A stretch of DNA of 62,994 nt, filler included, from Reclinomonas americana ATCC 50394 (Eukaryota): assembly GCA_048213135.1 (NCBI GenBank). It is 11 parts of 11 records of this genome, joined end to end, with 100 filler letters (N's around TTAATTAATTAA, not from the genome) between each part and the next. Parts side by side here need not be neighbours in the genome. Positions count along the whole stretch, not along the records: positions 1 to 2,702 come from AFZH01019063.1; positions 2,803 to 4,471 come from AFZH01019064.1; positions 4,572 to 6,190 come from AFZH01019065.1; positions 6,291 to 8,257 come from AFZH01019066.1; positions 8,358 to 18,117 come from AFZH01019067.1; 6 more parts are not named here. One strand, 5' to 3'. The position numbers were made by a program, and so were the translations under genes. Positions 1-11,300 of this stretch are shown piece after piece. Under the pieces are notes generated by a model that was given only the letters and a program-made list of their open reading frames with translations, did no database searches and was not told the origin of the DNA. Each line of letters begins with the position of its first letter. The stretch's first letter is position 1.

Positions 1-2606
1 AGGATGACAGGTAGCAGCTGTAATCACACACCTTCCTGACAGCATTGTTCTGCCAATCTCCAACGTATACCACCTTGTTGGAGGAGTCAACAACAATGCC
101 ATGTGGTTTGTTAAATCTCGCACTCGACCCGGTGCCATTTGCAGTGCCCGAGGATCCATTACCAGCCAGAGTTGACACAGAGCCGGAGGCGGTACTCACA
201 CGGATTGAGTAGTTGTTCAGCTGCAAGCGTGGGGTGTAAGCTCCCTCCCTGAACATGCAATCGGATGACACAACAAACGCAACATCAGCAATGTACAAGT
301 ACCCGGTGATCTGATCAATCGACAGGTCGGTGGGCTGGTTGAACCGAGCAGCAGAGCCGACTCCGTCTGCAAAGTTCCACACAGGCGCAGTACCCAGAAA
401 TGTCGACGTCACACCGGCACTCGTCACTCGTCGAATTGTGTGATTATACGTGTCGCAAATAAATGCAGTGCCGGTCGCATCCAAATCAATGCACTGCCCA
501 AGTGAGATACACATCATGAGCCGCGCAGTGACAGAATGCGTGCACACGTGCAGTGACACACGAACCGTCGATTGGTTGAAACGAGCAGCTGCGCCCGTGC
601 CGTCTGTTGTTCCAGTCATGCCCGCCGTGCCCGCCCACGTCGTCACTGCCGGCGTCACACCAAACGCAGCCGTCGTCGGCGCCCATTCAAATGAGTTGGT
701 CATTGTCGAAGCCGCCACAGAATTGCCCACCAGTGCATTTAGTGTCGCTGACGACGTTGTCACGCTGCTGGCCGCCAGCGTGGCAAGTGATTGGGTGGCT
801 GTGACACACCAATGAGAAAGGAAGAACAAGGCAATAGAAGGAGAGGGGGAGGGGGAGGGGGAGGTAGAGGGAAGAGGAATGAGTGAAGAAGGAAGACAGA
901 GATGGAGAAAGATAGGGAGAGTGAGTTAGAGGGATAGGAAGAAACGGGGAGAACAAGATCGAGGAGAAAGTGAGACGAGGAAATGAAGTAAAACAGAAAT
1001 AAGACGAGCATGACAAGAAATGAAGAGCAAGAAACGAAGATAATGAAGAAAGAAAATGACAGACACAGAGCACACAAGACCATGCAGCACCACGGCGCCT
1101 CACCTGTGGCGATGGTAAACGCCTTGTCGAAGAACAGCGGCGGCGATCCATTGTCCGTCGACCGAATTGTCACCGCCAGCGGGCTGCCCGCCTGTCCCGC
1201 CGCCACAATCACCAACGACTGTCCGCTGATCGAGAACACTCCGCTGTTGGCGCCGCCGACAATCGAGTACGTGAACGACTGTCCCGCATTCGCGTCTGTC
1301 GTCTGCAGCGCACACACGACTTGATTCGCCACCGACGGCGACACATACGTCATCGACGAGCAGCTAATGTCGGTCGGCGCCACATTGGCGGTGGTGGTGA
1401 AGGACACGGTGGCGCCGTTGATGGTGCTGGGTGTGGAGGTGACACCGACGGCGCGGAAGTAGTAGGTCCAGTTGCTCACCAATCCAGTCAATGAGGCGGT
1501 AATGGAAGTGGCGAGGGAGCCAGTGGAGGTGGCGGGGGTGGCCGACACCGATTGCGACGCCAGCGACAGGCGACGGATGGTGTAATTCCTGTAATCAGCG
1601 ACCACCAACGAAGCCGTCGATGCATCGAAGACTAAAAAGTATGGATTGTAGAAGCGTGCTACGGTCGACGCGCTGCCATCAGCGGCGCCAGTGACACCCG
1701 CCGCGCCTGCGACGGTGCTCACTGACGAGTCTGATAGTCGGAGTTGCCGCACGGTGCTATTGTTGGACTGCGCGGAAAAGTCAGTGGCGAGCAGCGAAAC
1801 GAGTCTCTGGATGGAGTGGGTGGAGATCCTCAACATCGGCAACATAGATTACGTTGCTTGCAGTGTCGTACGTCAGGCCAATCGGCGCGTTGAAGCGGGC
1901 AGCCGTTCCTGGTTGCACATCGATCAGCACAAATGCAGACGTTCACATTGGATCCTTGCACGATGATAAACTCACCAGTGGCATCAGTAGATCCGGACGC
2001 GCCGCTCGCTGAACCCGCCACCGTCGTCACCGTCATCGCCACCGTGTCAATGACTCGGATGGAGTTGTTACTGAAATCGACTGCACTCAAGCACAACAGA
2101 ATGCACAGATGAGAATGTATCTCGGTGCTAATGTCTTTCGCACACAGCACTACTCACCGACGTACAACTTGGTTCCGACGAGAAGCACACCGTTGGGACC
2201 ACCGAATCGCGCCGCTCCCGCACACGCTCCATCGGCAGTGCCACTCATGCCCGTAGAGCCACAAAACGTCGTCGCCGCACCGGCATAGGTCACTCGCCGA
2301 ACCGTGTTGTTGAGCCAATCGCCCACATACACCACCTGATTCGTGGCATCCACCGCCACGCCCATTGGCCAATTGAATGAGGCGGCTGCACCCGTGCCAT
2401 TGGCACTCCCCGACGCTCCGTTGCCTGCCAACGTGGTGACCACGGCCGCTGAAGTGATGGCACGTATGGCGTTATTTTTCATCTGCGCAAGACGCACAGA
2501 GAGTCAGAGTCACCAGAATCACGCAGCGATCATGCGTGCCAACACACACTCACATCGGCGACATACATGGTTCCCGTGGTTTGGTCAAAGGTGAGATCGG
2601 ACAGGC

Positions 2607-2697
<91 letters not shown>

Positions 2698-3258
2698 AGA
2701 GANNNNNNNNNNNNNNNNNNNNNNNNNNNNNNNNNNNNNNNNNNNNTTAATTAATTAANNNNNNNNNNNNNNNNNNNNNNNNNNNNNNNNNNNNNNNNNN
2801 NNAAAACATCATGCACACTCGCCAGTGGCCCAGCCAACAATGCACTCGCTCCCACGCCATCCGTCGTTCCCGAGGTGCCCGCCGTGCCCACAAACGTGGA
2901 GACAGTGGCCGAGGAGACACCCAAGGCGGCAGCATAGGGGGACCACTCGAACGAGTTGGCGGTGCCTCCAGCGACGCCGTTGGGATTGACCCAGGCATTG
3001 AGAGTGCCAGTCGAGCCAGTGATGTTGTTGGCGACGGCGGTGGTCACTGTCTGGGCGTCTGCGTAAAGAGAGAAGAGTGTGAGTGTGAGTGCAAAAGAAA
3101 AAACCACAACAGGTGGCCATGGGCGCGCGCGCATTCGCACACACGCGCGCGTCATCGGCAGCGCAACTTGCAGCAGCAGTGAACGAGTGGATGAGAAAAT
3201 GGAGCATGAGCACCACGCTGACGAGCGTGTGCAACACAGCCACACGAGTGCGCGACAT
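1..3258 (-). CDS. Secreted/surface protein with tandem modules of a split FN3-like domain, NHL-repeat beta-propeller and cadherin-like domain (multi-exon, 3' end runs off window, interrupted by gap 2703-2802)
   Basis: Hydrophobic N-terminus (MSRTRVAVLHTLVSVVLMLHFLIHSFTAAA, ATG at 3258; start uncertain). Repeated NHL motifs: GTAGTSGTTDG, ASFNWPMGVAVD..VYVGDWLNNTVRRV, ARFNQPTDLSID..LYIAD|LNNYSIRV. FN3-like LTGLVSNWTYYFRAVG. Cadherin-like NVAPTDI...TTDANAGQSFTYSIVGG...VTIRSTDNGSPPLFFDKAFTI (about 1105-1385). GT-AG introns restore frame. Confidence 0.85.
2612..2702. repeat. (GT)n(GA)n microsatellite at contig end
   Basis: Directly visible dinucleotide runs abutting the gap. Confidence 0.95.
2703..2802. 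other. Artificial scaffold spacer (44N-TTAATTAATTAA-44N); identical spacers at 4472-4571, 6191-6290, 8258-8357, 18118-18217, 23993-24092, 26491-26590, 35698-35797, 52999-53098, 56533-56632
   Basis: Identical 100-nt structure ten times. TTAATTAATTAA places stops in all six frames. Confidence 0.99.
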
Positions 3259-3421
3259 TAAAGAAAAAACGGTTGTAACTCTTTTTTTGGCGCGAAAGAA
3301 AGGTTTTTTTGGACATGTCTCTGGCGTCACGCGATGCAATTGCCGCTCTTCTGAGCGCACTGTTTCGTCGATTTCGAGCAGCAAGCTGTCAACTGAGTGG
3401 TTCGGGGCCTTGGTACAATTC

Positions 3422-3565
3422 ACTTGTTCGAAGTTCCGAGATCGAACACACACATGTGAGGAACCTGCGCATGCTGCTGCCTCAAGATTCGTGTTTGTGT
3501 TCATGTTTTGGATATGGTTGGACTTGATCATCAGCTGTTGCTTGCGGGAGTTTGTTGGTGAATGA
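3422..3565. repeat. Dispersed intergenic repeat, copy A
   Basis: Aligns by eye with 32658-32794 (ACTTGTTCGAAG..CCGAGA...CTGCCTCAAGATT.GTGT.TGTGTT.ATGTTTTGG...TTTGTTGGTGAATGA). Confidence 0.85.
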
Positions 3566-3909
3566 ATCGTTGTTGTTGTTAGTGATAGTTACTGTGTAGT
3601 ATACTGAGGTTTCTGGAAGAGAAGAACGGAGCAGTCACAACCGTAATCCGATTGTATCTGTCCGTTCTTCTCTTGTTTGTATTCACAAAGAGCGAAGAAA
3701 TAATACATCGACGTCGCGATCGCACGCGACGTCGTCTTCTCCTACGCGCTTTTGAGCGGGCGTGTCTCCCCCTCTCGTACACACACGCACAAGGACAGTG
3801 CACGCTGTGCGCGCAATTGCATCGATATCGCTTTCTTTGAGAAACTGGCAGAAGGGGGTTTGCCGTGATTTTGGCGGCAAGCAAATTATCAAACTTGTGA
3901 GAGCGAGAG

Positions 3910-4703
3910 ATGGCTTCCTCCTCGACTGCGCTTGTTCCTGTGTTGGATTCGCAGCGACGACAGCGACGCCGACGCCCTCAAAAAACGCGACGAGAAGAAG
4001 ATGAAGATGATGATTATTATGAGAAGGAGGAAGAGGAGGAGGATGATGCGGATGTGAGGCGACGGAAGCGGTCGGGAGAGGAGGCCGCAAAGACCGATGA
4101 TGATGGATGTTGAGTGGAGAGGGAGAGAGAGAGAGAGGGAGAGGACGAAAGGGAAGAAGGGGAGAGAGAGAGGGTGAGAGAGGAGAGGAGAGGCAAAGGA
4201 GAATGAGTGTGAGACAAGAGGGAGGCAATGTGAGAGAGAATAAGAGAATGATAGGGCGGAGAGCCACACTCACACACTCACTCGCTCACTCACTCACTCA
4301 CTCACTCGTTCACTCACTCACTCACTCACTCACTCACTCGTTCACTCACTCACTCACTCACTCACTCACTCACTCACTCACTCACTCTCTCTCTCTCACT
4401 CTCACTCACTCACTCACTCTCTCTCTCACTCCCTCACTTTCTCACTCTCTCACTCACTCTCTCTCACTCACNNNNNNNNNNNNNNNNNNNNNNNNNNNNN
4501 NNNNNNNNNNNNNNNTTAATTAATTAANNNNNNNNNNNNNNNNNNNNNNNNNNNNNNNNNNNNNNNNNNNNCTCTCTCGTCTCTCTCTCTCTCTCTCTCT
4601 CTTCTTCGTCGTCGTCGTACGTACGTACGTCGTTCGTTCGTTCGTTTCTTTCTTACTTACTTACTTACGTTACGTCGTTCGTCGTCGTGTCGTCGTCGTC
4701 GTC

Positions 4704-4766
<63 letters not shown>

Positions 4767-5290
4767 ACTTGTCCCTGAGGTTTTTTCCTGTCACACAGCA
4801 GGTCACAGCAGCAGGTATCTTTTGCCTCTGTCACCTCCTATCGATCTCACGCTTTGTGCTGTTTCGTACTCCATTCTTCGCCCTCGTACGTTTGCCTCTT
4901 CTGTCTGAGCGCGGCATTGCAGCTCACCCTCTATCATTCTTCTCTCTCTCACTGCAGTGCCTCACCCCGACCGACTGGAGGGCCTGGAAGACCACTTGGA
5001 GGTGCTCGGTGTCACCGACCAGTGCACCCTGGAGCAAGTGCGACAAGCGTACCGCCGGCAAGCCAAGGTTCTCCACCGCTCGCGGTGCCTGTCTTTTTAT
5101 CGTATTCCGCGCTTTTCCTTATCGTCGGTTGCCGTCACAGCGCGTGCATCCCGATCGCAACCAGAGTCCAGATGCGCCGGAAAAGTTCAAGCGGTTGTCT
5201 CTGGCCTACACCAGTTGCGGCACGTGTTTCACTCTTCCGGCATCGTGCACCTTCGTCCCTCCCCTCTGTGCTTCTCTCTTTTTGTCCCTT

Positions 5291-5329
<39 letters not shown>

Positions 5330-6190
5330 TTCTGCTTCTGGGCCTTACCAATACTTTCTCGTCGCTCTCTCTCTCTTTATGTCTTCCTCAGTGTGTGTGT
5401 GTGCGTGTGTTGCGTGTGGCATGCTGTTGTCCACGTTTCGAACCGGTTTCCTCGTTCTTTTCTGCTCGCTGTTGCCTTCCCTCACTCTCTCGTCAACTTC
5501 TAAGCATTGCAAATGTTCTCTCTTTCTCACTCTTTAAGGTTGGCGAAACCATTTTCTTTCTGTTGTCTCTGCACCAGATCTCTCTCACCCTGACATTTTC
5601 CGATCCACAGAGTATCTCACCCTTGCTTAACTATTTTTCCATTCTCCTGACCCTCTCTCTCTCTCCTTTTTCGCTCTTCTCTTCACTGACGCTCTCTTCC
5701 GCAGCCGTGGAACGCGCCCTGCGTGGCGAGGACTTTATCGACATGTCAGGCAAGGGCTTCGAATTCTGGGACGACTTGTTCCGCTCCATGTTCCACAGGT
5801 GCGTCGACTCGCACGTCTGTTTTGTGTCGTGAATCAGTTGTGATCTCCAAGCCTCTCTTGTCGTCTGCTCCATTTTCCCCGCACATTTCAGGTTGCACCT
5901 TCTCGTTGTATTTCCCCCTTCCCCCTTTCCCCCTTTTCCCCCTCACCTTTCCCCTCTTCTCCCCTTTCCCTCTTCAGCGTGGCCTCGGTCCTCGCCGAAC
6001 ACTCCGCCACCACCGCCAAGCGCCGCCGCTCCGGCAAGAGCCAATCGGGCCAGGCACAAGAGGTCGGCGAGCTGTCGTACTTTGAGCGCGCGCAAGTCAT
6101 GGTCATTGAGGACTACAAGCGCGAGGGCCGCCCACTCATCGAATTCGACGCCAACGAGCTGCGCCTGTACTGCCTGCAGCACGGCTTGCC
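3910..6190 (+). CDS. DnaJ/J-domain protein (multi-exon, partial; the first exon 3910-~4105 is tentative and lies across a gap)
   Basis: Spliced J domain from about 4957: DHLEVLGVTDQCTLEQVRQAYRRQAK|RVHPDRNQSPDAPEKFKRLSLAY, with the HPD motif. Further exons at about 5705-5798 and 5978-6190. The upstream charged exon MASSSTALVPVL... may be the N-terminus. Confidence 0.8.
4266..4471. repeat. (CTCA)n tetranucleotide microsatellite
   Basis: Directly visible. Confidence 0.95.
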
Positions 6191-6290
6191 NNNNNNNNNN
6201 NNNNNNNNNNNNNNNNNNNNNNNNNNNNNNNNNNTTAATTAATTAANNNNNNNNNNNNNNNNNNNNNNNNNNNNNNNNNNNNNNNNNNNN

Positions 6291-7686
6291 TAATCCACAA
6301 AGTGAGAAAGATGTGACTTGGAAAAAAGGCACGGAGATGGGTGAAAGAGACAGAACAAGGAGAGAATGTGAAGGAAGTGAAGAAAAACGCTCTGCAATCA
6401 CCCTTGGTCCCCTACTCACCGCCGACTCCTCCGCATAGTCCCCTTCGCCGGCGGTCAGTGACAATTTAACCGTCGGCAGTGGTGATGCCGCATCGCGACC
6501 CGCTGTCGCAGTCATTGCAGCAAAACCGCCAGCCAGAGGCGTCTTGGTGAGAATGGTCACTGCTGCTCCATCGGCAGGTGCCGCCGGTGCCGCCACCATG
6601 CTCGTCAGCGCATGAGTGAATCGCGCGGCAATCGACTGCGCGTGCCCGTCAATGACGGCCGCCTGCGGGAATTCAGACACGATGCGCAGCACGCCACTGG
6701 CGGTGCGCAAGTGCGGCAGGTCAAGAGTGATGGGACGGTAGGTGCCCGGGCGCAGCACAATGGTCGTCGGTAGAACCGGCCAGGCCAAAACATCCTGCAC
6801 ACATTTTCTTGAGTATCACAAGACTCTCTTCAACGTTCTCGCACGCGCGGTGGACCAACCCTCAACCGCAAGATCGGAGCCGAATCGTCGACCAGCACCG
6901 GATCGGCACCGTTCGGCACGTCGGGGAACACGTGGATAATATCGTGTGGATCGACTGGCCGACCGACTGCGGCCTTGGCCGAGGGCACACGACGCGCCAG
7001 CATCTCCGTGGCCAGATCGTCCATCAGGTACACCGGCACCTCTTCGAGATTCATGTCGATCTCAACTCCGAGCTGCTTCAACGCCAGAATCATGGATCGG
7101 AAGCGCTCTAAGACAGGCACAAGAGTGTCAGCGACAGGGGAAGCACAAATGATGAGAGCCATGGCGACGCAACGAGGCTGGCTGGACATGCAACCACGCC
7201 ACAAATCGGTAAAGTCGCGATGCGAGACGGTAGCATGCGAGGCCAATGCCCATGAGCAGAACTCGTCCTTTAGCACACTGAGCCGCGGCATGACCTCGAC
7301 CTTGGCCTGTGCCAAGAAGATGAGCAACAAAGCGTTGTCACCCTTTCTCCCTTCCCTGCTGATCTCCGCACCTGATACTCGGTGGCATACAGCAGGAACG
7401 CACTGGTGATGTTCTGTCGCTCCAAATCGCGCAGCGCCTGTCGCAGCGAGTGCGTACACTCGTCACGATCACCAACGGGGCTCACCGGGAGCACCGTGCT
7501 CGGCGACCGCGTCTTGAACATGGTGCGATCCTCCTCCGGAGCCACATCGCTGACGGCGCCAAAGCAGCGCTCCAGTGCCGCAGTGCTCTCCACGTCCATG
7601 ATGGCATTGTGGGTCGGCGATGCCGAGCGAGCACTCAGGGGGCGCGCAAGCAGCGGCACACCGGAATCCTGTCGAGCGAGGAACAT
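6291..7686 (-). CDS. Hypothetical multi-exon protein, with a motif resembling the N-terminal cap of a right-handed beta-helix
   Basis: Coding-like GC-rich segments flanked by GT/AG. TTIVLRPGTYRPITL...LRIVSEFPQAAVIDG at about 6650-6775. Exon structure and ends unresolved. Confidence 0.45.
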
Positions 7687-8357
7687 GCCAGGAACGCGTG
7701 GTCCACGAACTGTTGCAAGACAGGGTGAGTAATCCTACCGTTATGTCTGACTGTCTCGCTCACTGGATGTTTCTGTTGACTGCAGGTTGTCGTTGGATGC
7801 CTCAATCTCTTTGCTGTCTTTAACCTCGACTCCTCCTTCAAGACTGAGTCCTCCTTTCACCCCTTGTCTATCGTTCTCACAGTCCGTTATTGAGTCTGTC
7901 GTTCTCTCTCCTTCTCCTTCTCTGTCCACGCATTCGTGCACAGCTCGTTTCATTCGTTTTTCTTTCTCTTCCCATGGCCACTCTTTCTCGCCGCTCTCAT
8001 GCTATCTCTGTCTCTCACTCTCCTTCTCACTGTTGCCCTCATTCTTGCTCAGTCTCTCGCTCTCATTCTTCTCTGTTTCCTAACGTATCATTCTCTTTGT
8101 TACCCATCCCATTCTCTCGATCTCCCGCAATCTCGTGCTTTCGCTTTCTGCACAGCTTCATTTCATCGTTCTCTTCCCAGGTTTTCAGTCTCTCGCCCTC
8201 GCCCGCCCTCCTGCATTCGCTCTTCCCTTCTATCGTCGCCCTTCTCCCTCGCTCTTCNNNNNNNNNNNNNNNNNNNNNNNNNNNNNNNNNNNNNNNNNNN
8301 NTTAATTAATTAANNNNNNNNNNNNNNNNNNNNNNNNNNNNNNNNNNNNNNNNNNNN

Positions 8358-11300
8358 CCAACCCACCTGCTGCCACCACTGGCGACAACTCCGCATCACA
8401 CGCGTCCACCATGTCGAACTCATCGTGCACCACCGTCCCGTCGTTGTTGTTGGCGTTTCCAGCCAGGGGCGAGCGCACGGCATGCGGATCCAGACCGGCC
8501 GCAGCCGCCGGATCGTCCACCATGAGATTCGGGGCCACGGCAAAGAAGCGCCCAGGCATACCCACTGCACCACCCGACGGCTTCATCGGCACGGGGTCCG
8601 AACCACCCAAATCGAATGCCGAGGTGGTCGGCTGTGGCATGTACGGTCCGCTGACTTGCAGCGTGCGACCTCGACGCCGAGGCGTGAAAGAAAGACCTTC
8701 TTCAATCGGGCGTGCACCCGGGCGCAAGCCCTGATACCCGCCAGGTCCGAGCGACCACACCTCGCCCTTGTGGATCTCCTCCGGCATGAGGCTCGGTCGA
8801 CGCAGAACCTCCACTTGCATATCGTCGCCCCATGGACGAACGGCCTGTGCGGAATGCAGACGCGAGTGAGTGATGACAGACCCGCTCACTCTTTCTCTCA
8901 CACTCTCACAACTCACCATGTCAAATCCACCCATCCCAGCCCCAGCCTCCGCCACCACAACTGCCGTCGCATTCACACTCGCGACCGTCGGCAGTTGCTC
9001 CAGATTGACCATGACGCTGGCGCGGCGACCGACCATCGGTAGCGGCTATAAGACAGTCAAGATAAGAACCAGTGCCTTTCTTTCTTTCGCCCTCCGACAA
9101 AAACATCACGTACCGCGCCATCAGCAAATATCGAATCACGTCTCATGTGTGCGGCGTTGATGTGAGACGGCCTGCGTCCTGTGAGAGCGGCCACACTGGC
9201 GCGGCGAAGCACCTCGGCGTGCACCGACTCGCGACGCAGCCGCACGGTTGTGTTCCCGTCGGCGTCCACCTCCTCCACATGCATGCGGCTCATGGTGCGG
9301 TGTAAGTCCATAATGGCTCGCGCTGTCTCTCGACCCTCCTTGTGACGTGCCGTGCGCTCAAACTTGCTGCCGGCACCCTCCGCATACAATTCCACAATCA
9401 GGTGCTCCAGCTTTGTGTGGTCGCCCTTTTCGAACACTGTGTCTTCCAGTGGTGAGCGTGGCGTGCGAGAGAACGGTTGGCTGGCCAACAACACGATTGG
9501 TGCCATCATCATGCCTGCGTAAGGGAGTGAGAAGATGAACACACAGGGGAGTGCGTTTGCTGAACGTCACTGACCCGACAACCACCCAATCCACATGTCT
9601 TGCAGCGCGGCGGTCAGTACAGATGCATCAGCTTGCTGCGCGAACACGCAGTTGAGGTAGATGGCACACATGGTGGCCAGCCAGAGAACCTGCGGGAGAT
9701 AAAATAGTCAACAAGAAGCACTTTCCATTCTCTTCTGAAGGTGACAAATTGTCATCTAATGCTCGTCTGCTTTTCCTTTTCTTCCCATCATCCCTGCACC
9801 TCTGTTGTCATTCTTTCCTCATCTCATTTCCACACTTTGCGTTTTCTCTGCGCCACTTTCTTGTTGTTTTATCTACACTGTGCTTCACGTGTCATCTCGC
9901 TTTCTCATTCTTTACTATGTGTGTCGCCGCTCCATCCTCTGTTCTCGTATTCTCTGCATCTCGCTTCTTGTCCCACCTCCATCGCTCTGCACCTCAACCC
10001 CAGGTTCTTCTTTGCCGTCCTCACCTCATTTCTCCACTCTTTCTTTCAACCTCTCTCTCTCCCTCTCTCGTCTCCTTTTCTTCTTCTTGAAACCTTTCCC
10101 CCTTCCCCCTTTCTCTCTTCTTTTCTCTTTCTCTCTCTTTTCACTTCCCCCTTCCCCCTTTTCCCCCTTCGCCCTCACCCCCTCTGCCCTTTCCTCCCTT
10201 CCCCCTTCGCCCTTCCCCCTTCACGCCCTTACCGTCAGCTTCTGGGTGCGCCTGAAATTGCTGGTGGGCATGCCGGTGACGGTGGAGAGCCACGAGTGCT
10301 CGTGACGCAAGCGCTCCGAGGCCTTGGAGGCCAGTTTCACGGCTGCATTGCGCGCCCGCAGCATCACAATAACTTTCTTGACACACTCTGCGCAAAAATA
10401 ATGTCGTGAGCTGGAAACGAACGCATCTCCTTCCCTGCTACCCAACGCACCTCGAAGACGGGCCATGGCTCGCAAGTGTCGCCGCAGAGCCTCACGATCG
10501 TCAATCTCTTCCTCGTCCTCGTCTTCCGCATCGACCTCCTGCTCAGCATCGTCCGCACCATCGGCATCATCCACATCCGACACGCCCGCTGCGCGAAGCT
10601 TCGTCGCCACTGCTCGCCGCTCGACGTCGTCCGACGGCAGCGGAAGGCGAGGAACGCGTTGTACAACACCTGCGAGCAGGGGAAAAGTGATGAATAAGGG
10701 ACAGCAAAGCAGAGATGGAGACAGCATCTTGAACCACGCGCGCAACTTGGTCGCACGCCACTGCCTGCACCCTCTCGATCGAGGTCTGCAAATGCCGCAA
10801 GTTAAGTGAACAGAGTATCCTTGGCCATTCTCGTCATGCAATGCGCACCATTCTCCACGTCGTCATCATCATAGTTGCGCGAGCACAACTCCAACACATC
10901 GGCCGCTCGATCGTCAGTGTCACCCACCGACGACTCCGACGACGAAGCCGAAGAGGAAGAATGCACGTCGCCATCGCCGGCCGCCGCCGCCGTCGCCGCC
11001 GCCGCTGACTTGCCGGCAGGAACCAAACTTGTCCGCGAACCCGACAGAGCAATGGACGAGTTTTCATCGCACGAGTTAATCGAGGAGTGTGCCGATCGAG
11101 TGGCCTTGGTGCGACGAGCGTTCACGAGGCGAGCAGAAGAACTCGACGGTCGTGGCTTGCCATTCTTGCCGCTGGCGTCGGCTGCGGCCGTCACATCGGT
11201 CGGCAGAGGTGCCGAGTCCGTCGGAGCCAGCATGTTCGACAGGCGCGTCACCATCGGCTCCGCTTCGGCGCCCAGGGTGCGACGACGGAAGGCAACTGCT

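Noticed and set aside
2747..2758. TTAATTAATTAA recurring ten times as a possible regulatory or repeat motif
   Set aside because: It is always centred in identical N runs, so it is an artificial all-frame stop linker.
1..3258. Teneurin or RHS/YD toxin-like protein, suggested by NHL plus FN3
   Set aside because: No YD repeats, EGF repeats or toxin domain are visible in the window.
4572..4765. Odd patchwork of TCG/TACG/TTCG/TTAC micro-repeats
   Set aside because: It sits at a contig end between (CT)n runs and looks like low-quality read noise. No coding or structural signal.
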